A DNA stretch of 64,000 bases from assembly GCA_951804945.1 (NCBI GenBank), contig OX638152.1:20708001-20772000 (forward strand). The letters are read 5' to 3'. This document shows positions 45,620 to 57,600 of the stretch, in pieces. Numbering within the stretch: position 1 is the first letter of the stretch; every line of letters begins with the position of its first letter. The notes beneath the pieces were generated by a model that was not told where the DNA came from, did not search any database, and saw only the letters and a list, made by a program, of their open reading frames with translations. A program made the position numbers and the translations under genes. Source of the stretch: Podarcis cretensis. Lineage: Eukaryota.

Positions 45620-48600
45620 ACACACTCCTATTTTGTGGCCCTGTTTTTCTAGTTGTGTGAGTGTGTGAGTGACTGCTGCCTGGAGAATGAGCAGCAGGTT
45701 TCAGATTCCTTTAGATCATTTCCTGACTCCTAAGTTAGTGGAAGGAGAGTGGAGTGATAGAATTATTTCTATTCTATTCTATTCTATTCTATTCTATTCT
45801 ATTCTATTCTATTTATACCCCGCCCTCCCCGGCCAGAGCTGGGCTCAGGGCGGCTAACACCAGTAAAATTACAATAAAAACATAATGGGGAAAAAACAAT
45901 TTAAAATACAGGTTAAAAATACAATTTAAAATGCAGCCTCATTTTAATAATAGCCCATAGATCAAAACCATAAGGGGAGGGAAACATAAGGGTCAGACTG
46001 AGTCCAAACTTTGCAGGCCCTGTGGAAAGATGCCAAGTCCCGCAGGGCCCTAGTCTCTTGTGACAGAGTGTTCCACCAAGTTGGGGCCAGTACTGAAAAG
46101 GCCCTGGCCCTAGTTGAGCCCAATCTAACCACCTTGCGACTTGGGACCTCCAAAATGTTGTCATTTGTGGACCTTAAGGTCCTTCGCGGGGCATAACAGG
46201 AGAGGTGGTCCCGTAGGCACGTGGGTCCTAGGCCGCATAGAACAGAAGTGGAGGAGCGTGTTTCTCCCAGGTTGTTACAGGAGGCTCACTGTGTGAACAT
46301 AAGTAGATCCTGCTAGATCAGGCAAGTGGCCCATCTAGTTCAGATGCCTGCAGGAAGCATGCAAACAGGACTTCAGCGCAGCAGCATTCTGCTCATCTGT
46401 GATTCTCAGCAACTGGTATTCAGAGCCACATTGTGGATTCCATAAGATTCATGGGAGTGGCTGTTGTGTGAATGAAAAGGTGGCGTTTGTCATAGAACCT
46501 TTTATTTAGTTCCTTAAATCATCATTCACATGTGTACCAATATGTAGCTTGTTCCATAGTGTTTGATTTTGAAAAGATAATCTTGTATTGATTAACAAAT
46601 TACAGTGGTAACTCGGGTTAAGTACTTAATTCGTTCTGGAGGTCCGTTCTTAACCTGAAACTGTTCTTAACCTGAAGCACCACTTTAGCTAATGGGGCCT
46701 CCTGCTGCCACCGCGCCGCCGGAGCATGATTTCTGTTCTCATCCTGAAGCAAAGTTCTTAACCCAAGGTAATATTTCTGGGTTAGCGGAGTCTGTAACCT
46801 GAAGTGTATGTAACCTGAAGCGTATGTAACCCGAGGTACCACTGTATATTTCATGACTTGTCATTTGTCTGAATCTCTTTTTGTTTTAAGTTTGGCTGTA
46901 GTAGATATGAGAGTCAAAACATTTGCTTGAATGTGATTTGTGTCTGAAAACAGGATTTGAACAGTCGGGCTCATGGCGAAGTTACAATCCGAGAAGCCCT
47001 GCGTGAGCTCGAGCTGTGGGGAATCGGAGCTGTCTTTTCATTGACAGATTATGAAGACAGCCAGAGCCGGATGATTAAATTGATAAAGGACTGGAAAGAC
47101 ATTGTCAACCAGGTTGGTGACAATCGTTGCCTCCTCCAGTCACTCAAGGACTCTCCATATTACAAAGGTTTTCAAGATAAAGTTTTTGTTTGGGAGAAGA
47201 AACTTGCTGAGCTGGATGAGTATCTTCAAAATTTAAATCAAATTCAGAGGAAGTGGGTCTATCTGGAACCCATTTTTGGGCGTGGAGCTTTACCTCGTGA
47301 GCAAGCCCGATTCAACAGAGTCGATGAAGACTTCAGGTCAGTTTTATGCTGCACAATGTCTTTCAATCCAAATATCTTAAAACATTCTTCAGAATGAAAC
47401 AATGCAAAAAAGTATGCAAAGCTTATTTTAATCTCATGCGTTTTCATACCCAGGAACAGAATTAATAGTTTTATAACATGGATACAACTGCAGCAATAAT
47501 TTAGGAATTAATCTATGATTTTTCACATTATAATGACATATTTTTACACCCCCACCCCTGTTCTTTTAAAAGATCAATATTGTTAGATATCAAGCTTGAC
47601 AACCGCATAACATCCTTGAATGCTCGAGCAGGAATAAGAAATGCCTTGATCACTATTCTTGACCAGCTTCAGAGATGTCAGAAATCCTTAAATGAATTCT
47701 TGGAGGTAAACATTTCTAATCTAATAGTGAGCTGACATAGATGGAGTCAGAATAGGGTCACTGAGAAACACGAAAGAATGTGTTGGTGCATCCCAAGGAT
47801 TGTAGAAGTAGGGAAAAATAGAAGCAACCTAAAAGGGCAAAAACAAAAACGAAAGACCCAAACAGCCCAGTGAGGATTGAGCAATCCTAGTTGCTACAGG
47901 CTGGTGAATGTCGTGGGCAGGGGGGCATGCAGAAAAGCAGGCAGCACAGAATGGCCTCTGGTTCTATTAGATATATATTACTTAAAAATAAATTGTTTGG
48001 GGTATTTTATTAACATAAACTCCTGTCAGTGTAGGAGAGGCAATTGCCTTATCAAATAAATGCAGCATATAACAAGCAGAGAGGTGCTTGCAGCAATCTA
48101 TAAGAATGGGTGGGCTGTTTGGCCAGCATACCTTGGTACATGGATAGCAAAGTTAAAAGTACAGAGCTATGCCTATTTTCATTTGTAAGAAAGTGCGGAA
48201 TATGATATTAGCATAATCAGAATGAATTCATCTATTTTGAAATAGGAAAAGCGCTCTGCATTTCCTAGATTCTATTTTATTGGGGACGATGATCTTCTAG
48301 AAATCTTGGGACAGTCTACCAATCCTTTAGTTATTCAATCTCACCTGAAGAAGCTTTTTGCTGGTAAGTTGAGTCGTTTCATTGCTTCAGGATGCCACAT
48401 GGGAAACAATTCATTCATAAAACAATGTTGTGTGCAAGGGTTTACAAACCTGCATATATCTAGGAGCAGCTGGCAGTCAGTTCTTAGTTTCCTGGCAATA
48501 GAAGCCTTCAAAGCACCTTTAGTTACAATCATCTTCACTTTCAAATAATAAAAAAGAGTTCCTTTTTAGCATTTGATATGGAAAAATTGGAAAATACTTC

Positions 48601-51600
48601 AAGTATAACACCTGAGCCACAGAAGGCTGATGAAAATCTTTCTTCAGAAGTCTTGCTTTTAAAAAATAATAATTGTCTTGTCATTTATGCATGCATGCAT
48701 ATAACAATGATGAACCTTTTAATAAAATTGTGTCATTAATTACGAACACATTTATTTAGACACTGAATCCTCTCTTATGAAACATAGTACTGTAGTATAA
48801 AAGCTTTATTGTAATCTAATAACATGGAGTAGATTATACTTCATTAACTGAATATTATGCTGTTAATTAACAGGAATTCACAGTGTGAGCTTTGATGAGG
48901 ACTTTAAAAACATTCTTGCAATGAAATCTTTAGAAGGCGAAGTTGTACCTTTAAAAAATAAAATCCTCCTATCAAATGATGTTGAGGTGAGAAAATAGAC
49001 TCCAAACATAATAATAACACAAGCTGGGAGAAGTAAGTGTGATTTGTGATGTTTCCTTTTATGTTATTTGCTAGGTTTGGCTAAACAAGCTTTCTTCAGT
49101 GATGAAAGAAACACTGAAACAATTACTGTGTGACTGCGTAACTGCTGGGAAAAGAACTCAGGGTTCAATTGATCCATCACTTTTCCCCTCACAGGTAGTT
49201 TTTCTTCCTTCTTTTGCAATATGGTAGTTATTAAAATTGTTTAAGGAGAGACTGCATTTGGAGGAATATCTGACTTGAAAAGAAATAATATTTTTGTGCA
49301 CTTTGAATTAAAGCTGAGGTTAACAGATAGTTGTATTGGATTTTATTCATTTATCTTTAAAGGTTAGGCACAGTTTTGGTACTGGTAAAGGTGGGAACAC
49401 CTTTGTTTGTTTGTTGGAATGCTGTATTTTTAAGAAGCCCAATAGTAACTGAAGCTTCATCTGGGCTGGCTTTAAATAATATTTAATGGAAACCTAAAAG
49501 TTAAGGGCATGACCATAAACTTACTGCATTGCTACCTTCTGTTCCCAGAACCCCAGCAGACCCCAGGCAGGATTGAAGTCTCTTGGTTTTTGCAAACAAC
49601 TCCCAGTGCTTCTGTGAATGGTGCAGTGAGCTACAACAGCTTGCAGCCAAGAGCTGCCTGTTTGAGTCACTCTACTCCAGGCTGAATGGTGGGTGACTCT
49701 TACCAGTCACTTATGGTGCCTGTAGCCTGTAGCTGTTGCATAGAAGCTCAATCTGAACCTCCAGATTATTACTGTCTTCAAACAAATAATCATAACCCTT
49801 TATTTCCATACATTTTTAAAAAAATGACTTAGTCCCCTTTAGCTGGAACTAAGCCCCATTGAACTCAGTGCAATTTGCTTCTTAAAAAAACCATACATTA
49901 GATGGTTAACCAGCTACTTGAAGAGCTCTTTGCTTATTAGTATGTTTTAGCAGAGGAGTAGTGTGGGTTTGAAGTTTGCTTAACACTGAATGAAGTGCTA
50001 AGATTTGTTGAAGCATCTGTCACTGAATACATATAAATCCATTCTTGCTTATGAATATTGTTTTCCCAATAGATTATTTGTTTAGCTGAACAAATTCAGT
50101 TCACAGAAGATGTTGAATGTGCAATCAAAGAAGGTAATTTGCAACAGTTAGAATTAGAACTGATGGCTAAATTGGAGCATTACACCAGCATAGACACTAA
50201 TACAGAAGATTCAGGCAATACAGGTATGAAAGAGGATTGCAATGGCTTTTTCCCCCAGGCTTGAAATTATTTTCTCATAACTGAAACACACTTGCTGTTA
50301 ATAATTATATTAAAATTTTTATCCCCTTAATTGTACAATCGGAATGACGGCTGTAATTTTGTATGGTTGTACCCATTTTGACTGTAATTCAGAATTGTTT
50401 TCTATGTGATTAATGCGTAGTATTTCATTTTGACTGCTCTATATTGCAAAGGTATCACAGTGGCTTCCAAAATAGTATAAAACAATATATTAGAGAGAGA
50501 AATTACAATCGAACAATTAACATTATCAATGAATTGCCATATATCATCAGTGAACTATGGAACCATCACAGGTCAGCACATCCTAACATTTTGATTCACC
50601 TAGAACACCCAGAAAGACCCCCTCTCCTGACTTCAAAGTCCAGGTCGGGGGATGTAGGATTCCTTGTGCATGTAAGGTGTCCTCAGGTGGTACTTACGCT
50701 TCCCCAAGGGAAACATTTTGTCCTAAAAGGGAAAGTTGGTGATGGGGTGGTAGTTCTCAGTTCATAGGTGTACTACTACCTCATCTGTTTATCACAACCA
50801 ATAATTTTAGGTTAAAAATAATGGATATGACATCTGGGCATCTGCTGGGTGAGAGGTTTGATCCTCTAATCCATTTGAAGTAGACGTTCCAATGCTAACT
50901 GTAATGTAAACCATTTAATGTACAGTGGTACCTCGGGTTAAGTACTTAATTCGTTCCGGAGGTCCGTTCTTAACCTGAAACTGTTCTTAACCTGAAGCAC
51001 CACTTTAGCTAATGGGGCCTCCTGCTGCCGCCGCGCAATTTCTGTTCTCATCCTGAAGCAAAGTACTTAACCTGAGGTACTATTTCTGGGTTAGCAGAGT
51101 CTGTAACCTGAAGTGTATGTAACCTGAAGCGTATGTAACCCGAGGTACCACTGTATACCATAAGAGTAGCTGGGGAAACCCAGCCAGATGAGCGAGGTAT
51201 AAATAATTATTAAAAATTAATACTATAAGATAAGCCACTTGGCAAGCTGCTTCTAAATTCAGATCCTAAAAAAATTACATCTTCTGTTAAATAGTTACAT
51301 TGTATTTTTTTTTAATGATATTTATTAGAAGTTTCAAAAATTACAGAGAAAGAAAAAAGAAGAAAGCAACAACAACAAAAGAAAATTTTCAAAGCATATA
51401 TAACAATACTTAAAAGGGGGGGGACATAAAAATCAATACAACAATAACAATAAAAACACAATATTCCATATCTTTATCTTTCATTAACTTGTTTCATCGA
51501 CCTCCTCACACCTCCCTTTTGGATTCTAGTTTAGTTATTTATTTCAGCAAATTCTTTCCATCCTCTCTTTTTTTTAAATAGTTTGTCTTAACAGTCTAAC

Positions 51601-54600
51601 CTATTAATTAACTCAGCAAATCCTTTCCATCTTTCACTATATTCTGTCATTCAGTTTACCTTAGTTTATTTTAACCTTATCTTCCCAAAAATACCTTAAG
51701 ACTTAAAACTTAATATTTATTTATACATAATTCCTTATAACATTTCTGCTAAAGCCAAATATTTTCATTCCAACATTTTTCCTAATACTCATTAATTTTA
51801 CACTAATTCGCAAAATAAATTTTTAAAAAGTTTTCTTCCAATCTTCCTCCAGCGTCTTTTCTTCCTGGTCTCGGGTTATGTCAGTCCTTACTGTCCATTC
51901 CATCTAGTCCATCAACCTGGTAATCTTATATCCGAGGCTCTTAAGTCTTTTCCATGTCCCTTCTGCAGGTCTTCTTCTTGTTTGTACTTGCACTTTACCT
52001 TGTCTCTTGTAGATCTCTTTCTTAATTTCTTTCCTTTCTCATTGAGGAGTAGGTCTCAGGGATGTTCCAACTCAAAAATATCTCCATCTCTCCTCAGCAG
52101 ATCGGCCAATTCCCCACAGTCCCATTCCCCACAGTCAACAGTGTAGTCCAGAAAATATTTAAAAGCATGTTTCAAAGTCCTTCCAAACTTAAGGGGCCCC
52201 CACAACTCCAGACCCCCCCTGGCCCACTTCAAATTCAGCCTTCAACAACAATAACTTATGCTCCTGTAGGGCCTCGGGCCTCTCCATTTGTGTTACTTGA
52301 GGTTCAACAGCAGCCTCCTCCATTATCTTCTGCGTTTGCACTTGCTCTATCAAAACAGATTCCTGAGTTGGCTCCTGGATGGTTTCTGTATACATATTCA
52401 CTGTTTGTCCAAAGTTTCTGACTGCAACAGTCATCAAATCCATCTTCTCATGCATCTGCTCCAACAAAGCACTTGTCTTGCAAAAAGCAAGCACCAAAAC
52501 TTCTTCCAAACACATTTTTGTTCAAGGTCACAGTCTGGTCCCACGATCCTAATCTCCACAGCTGTAAAATCCCCAGAACGACTCCAGCAACAATTTAACA
52601 AGCTCCCTCTAGAGGAGGCAATTTCTATTTGTATCCATCTTTTAAAAGCAGATCCAACAAAGAAAAATTACTTTCATTTTTCAGATTTTTTGTTTCTTTT
52701 AAATGCAAAAGGCAACATTGGAATCAATTTGTTTCTCTTCTTCAACTAACTGTCAAAAGATGTTCCATTCACAGTCAATGAACTTCACCAAAAATCTCCG
52801 TCTCTGACACCCCGTTCCCAGGTTTGAGACGGTGGAAATTTATCTTTCTTTACTCTCTCTCCTGCAGGCTTGAACAGTCAAATTTCCCCTCTTTACTCCT
52901 GCTTCCAAGAGGGGTTTAGATGATCAAAACAGGAGGAATTAAAAACCTTTATGTACAACTTTCCAGACATTGGCTTGCACGATTTTTGCTTCAGACTATT
53001 TACAAAAGCGGAAGACGGACTTCCTATTTAGGACCTTCCTGCTGAATGCCAAATTAAAGTGTTTCTTAGCCCAATTTTCCGTTCTACTCACGGGTACTTG
53101 TTTAGAGTCCAATTGTCCCCAGGAAAAAGTCAGCGCTCTCCGGCAACAGCTGTGCGGCTTCACTCCGTAAAAATAGTGGTCTATTCAAAACACCGCGCCG
53201 CTCACCCCACATCGCTTCAGGTCCCCAAAAAAGGGGTTTCCTTGCGTGTAGGGGGGGCGCTCCTGGTGTCAGCCGAATCCCAGGTTCCCAGGCTTCCTCC
53301 AGTGTGGTGTAGTGGTTAAGAGCAGTAGATTCGTAATCTGGGGAACCGGGTTCGCGTCTCCGCTCCTCCACATGCAGCTGCTGGGTGACCTTGGGCCAGT
53401 CACACTTCTTTGAAGTCTCTCAGCCCCACTCACCTCACAGAGTGTTTGTTGTGGGGGAGGAAGGAAAAGGAGAATGTTAGCCGCTTTGAGACTCCTTCGG
53501 GTAGTGATAAAGCGGGATATCAAATCCAAACTCTTCTTCTTCTTCCTCCGCCTGGGATTTTTAAAGAGTCTCTGCCTTCGCCGCGGCGGCAAGACCCAAT
53601 TTTCGCGGAGCGGGTTCCTCTGGATCAGAGGAATTCCGCCATTGCCGATGGCGCTAACCCGGAAGTCCAATAGTTACATTGTATACAATGGGTGACACTT
53701 TCCCTCCTTTTGTTACATTTTATTTGTAAGCGTTAATGAGAAGCTTATGATTGGATAAAGCAAGATAAAGAAGAGGCTGATATAATTGCTTTTAAACTTT
53801 TAATGGTCTGCTTAATGGTCTCCTGGAAATAATATTATTTATCTTCAGAATCTGGGATCCTTGAGCTGAAGCTTAAAGCTCTTATTCTTGATGTTATTCA
53901 TAACATTGATACTGTGCGGCAGCTAAATGAAGCCCAGGTGCAGAGCAATGATGACTGGGCCTGGAAGAAGCAACTCAGGTTTTATCTAAAGAATCAAAGA
54001 TGCTACATTCAAATGGTGGATGCTGAACTCGAGTACACTTATGAGTATCAGGTACTGTTCTCATTTCAGTTTCAAAATTTATTGCAGGAATCTCCTAATC
54101 ATGCATTTTTCTTGCATTCAGAAATACTACTGCTTTCCCCATCCCTCCTTCATAGCACATTCCATATTATTTAAGGGGAGCAAAAACTATAGTCATCCTT
54201 GCTCACTAGCTGAAGTGCTTGAAACATTTCTTGACTCCTGTATCCCAGAATGAATGGATAATTATTTTCATTTGTGTTTGCTCTTGATAACATGGTCCCC
54301 ATCAACTGTAATAGCCATTTTTGTTTACCTTTTTTAATAATCAACTGTTCAGCCGTATGACATACATAAGGTACCTCTTTCACTTCATGGTGTGCTTCCT
54401 TCCTTCCATGGCAAGCTAACAGATTTGTGGGCGACTTCAGGAAATATAGACTTATGCACATTTGTATGGTTTCCCTCATATTTGACATTTGAGATTATTA
54501 CTTATTTGGAGTTTGCAGTTCTGTTGTCTATTTTACATCTGTGCGATTGAGCTAGGATTGTAAATTTGATCTTATTGTGCTGGGTGATAAGATATGTTTC

Positions 54601-57600
54601 TTTATGTCATTAGGGTAATTTGCCAAAGCTTGTTTACACGCCATTAACTGATAAGTGTTACCTCACACTTACCCAAGCTATGAAGATGGGCCTCGGAGGG
54701 AATCCTTATGGTCCAGCAGGAACTGGCAAGACAGAATCTGTAAAGGCTCTGGGAGGACTGCTTGGAAGACAAGTTTTAGTTTTTAATTGTGATGAGGTGA
54801 GACAGCATATTCAATTCCAAGTCCTCGTTTTGGCTTTTATAAGCTACTGCTGCTTTATTTTTGATGCTATATTTTTGCAAGTCCCTTTTGAAGTCAGGTT
54901 GTGAAAAGCAAAGTAAAATTATCCTGAATTAACAATAATTTATAATGTTACTCTATTAATAAATACAACAATGTTCAGACAGTATTTGCCCCTGCCGCAG
55001 ACCTCTGCGTGTGACAAAATCAAGAGTGGGTCTTGGGCTCTCATGTTTCCTTTTGCTCCCCCAGTGCCATCTGTGATTCCTTGTAAGCATGTGAAAGATA
55101 AACACAGAGCCTATGTTTAAATTAAGGCAGAATCTCCTAGTTTATGTGCTATCTTGCAGTAACAGGAGTGAAGTAGGAAGTATGCAAAACTAAGACCTGT
55201 GTGCGAACTAGTCCCCCCATGCATGAGGAGTGGGAGAGGGAAGCAATGTCTGAATAGGCCCTAATGTATTTTTCAAATACCATTACTCCCCCCTTCAATA
55301 CATTTATTAAAACTTTTCAAATAGGAAATTGAATACTGAAGGTTCCATATCTTAACTAACATTCTTATTTCAAGGGCATTGATGTGAAATCTATGGGGCG
55401 AATATTTGTTGGTTTAGTGAAATGTGGAGCCTGGGGCTGTTTTGATGAGTTCAACCGGCTGGAGGAAGCTGTTCTGTCTGCTGTATCTATGCAGATCCAG
55501 ACAATTCAACATGCTTTAAAGAAACACCAACCTGTGTGTGAGTTACTTGGAAAGGAGGTAAAGTATGGTATTTTATCCTCTTTTACAACAGTTCTGCCAT
55601 TTTCTTTATTTAGGGTTATGTACCTTGTCTGTTCCTGTACCTTTGCAGTGACACTCTAATCTGTAGGATCTTAATGAGTGAAAGAACCATCCTTGGACCC
55701 CATCTACTTTTTTCTTTCTTCTAAATTTCTTATGAAACCTTTTTTTTTTTTTTTTGCATGAGAAAAACTGTAAAGGTCAAAGAATTGTCCTAACTGTAAA
55801 CTAGTATAATTCGAAGGATTTTAGTAATTAGAATTTTAGATGTCTAAAATGTATTTGTTTGGCACCAGTGGATCAGAACAACTGCTTCTTTAGTACAATG
55901 TCCTGTTTGAGTCAGTGGCTGTTGCTGGTGCTTCAAAGGAAGATGTGAAGAAATAGCTTCAGGGTAGAGTTGTTTCTTGCCGTTTCTGGCAAATGGGGAA
56001 TGAGAATACATGGGGACTTTGCCAAATAGTCATTAGATACACAATTGTTTCATAAGTCCCTTATGAATGCATTTTTTAAATGTCAGGTTGAAATGGATCA
56101 CAACTCTGGAATTTTTATCACAATGAATCCTGCTGGAAAGGGCTATGGAGGCAGACAGAAATTGCCCGACAATCTCAAACAACTTTTTAGACCCGTTGCT
56201 ATGACTCGGCCTGATAATGAACTCATTGCAGAAGTGATTTTATATTCAGAAGGTTTCAAAGATGCAAAAACTCTGGGAAGAAAATTAGTGGATATTTTTA
56301 ATTTAGCAAGGTAGGTGTTTTATTCTATCTACAGGCAGTCCATTTAGGAAATATAAACTTTGGCTCTTTGGGATGCATGCTAATTCTTTAATATCACCTC
56401 ACATAGTACTTTGCTATTCCTGAATACTAAAAATCGTAGAGGGGGAAGTCATGGCTGTGAAGCATTCTTGTGTTCTTCTTTTGATCTAGTGTAGCATATT
56501 CATTAAGGGTAGGTGCTATGAGCTGGAAGACCCAGGTTCAAATGCCAGCCCATGCATCAATTTCCTGACTGGCTTTAGGGGAATTACTGACTTACATCTC
56601 CTTCCCCAATACAAGCATCGTAATACTGACTAACTTTATAGGGCAGAGGTGGGGGGCCTCTGTCAGAGGCTCCTGTTTGGCTCATGAGGCCGTCCTTTTG
56701 AAACCACACCTACCTGTCAATTAACTGATGTCACCTTGATGTCAGCTGATAGGTGGGATCAGCTCAGTTGAGCTGCATGTGGTAGTTCCCTGCTCATTGA
56801 CTGATGTGGTGGTGTTAAATCCTGCTAGGTTTGCTGCTGATACTAGTTTCATTCAGGGAACTCCTCCACATAGCTCAACTCCACACCCATCAGGGGATAG
56901 GTAAAGGTAAAGGGACCCCTGACCATTAGGTCCAGTCGTGGCCAACTCTGGGGTTGTGGCGCTCATCTCGCTTTACTGGCCGAGGGAGCTGATGTGCAGC
57001 TTCTGGGTCATGTGGCCAGCATGACTAAGCCGCTTTTGGCAAAACCATTGCAGCGCACGGAAACGCCGTTTACCTTCCCGCCAGAGCGGTACCTATTTAT
57101 CTACTTGCACTTCGTGCTTTCGAACTGCTAGGTTGGCAGGAACAGGGACTGAGCAACGGGAGCTCACCCCGTCGCGGGGATTCGAACCGCCGACCTTCTG
57201 ATCAGCAAGTCCTAGGCTCTGTGGTTTAACCCACAGCGCCACCCACGTCCCATCAGGGGATGAATGAGGTTAAATCCTGCTCTGTAACTAGCTCCCCCAC
57301 CCTTGCTGACCAACTTTGAAAGGTGGGGCAGTCCACCCAACTGTCAATCACCTGTTGTCATTAAGATGATTGTCTGGCTCAACTCCCTGTCAAAGTTGAC
57401 CCATGCAGTGGGGGGAGATAAGAATCTGGTCCCACAAGCCAAAAAGGCTCCCCGCCCTTATTATAAAGTTATTGTAGTAATTACAACTGGCAATTGGATT
57501 GGAGACTCTTGTTAATGAGAGGTATGGACAGAGAAGGGAGTCAGTTGCTGGGTAGATGAAAGATAGATTTGTGTGAAAGTGCTGTTGAATGTCTCTTATC

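Noticed and set aside
53301-53370. tRNA gene
   Set aside because: No complete cloverleaf; it continues into a SINE body and tail bounded by a TSD. The same applies to the tRNA-Lys-like head at 19282.
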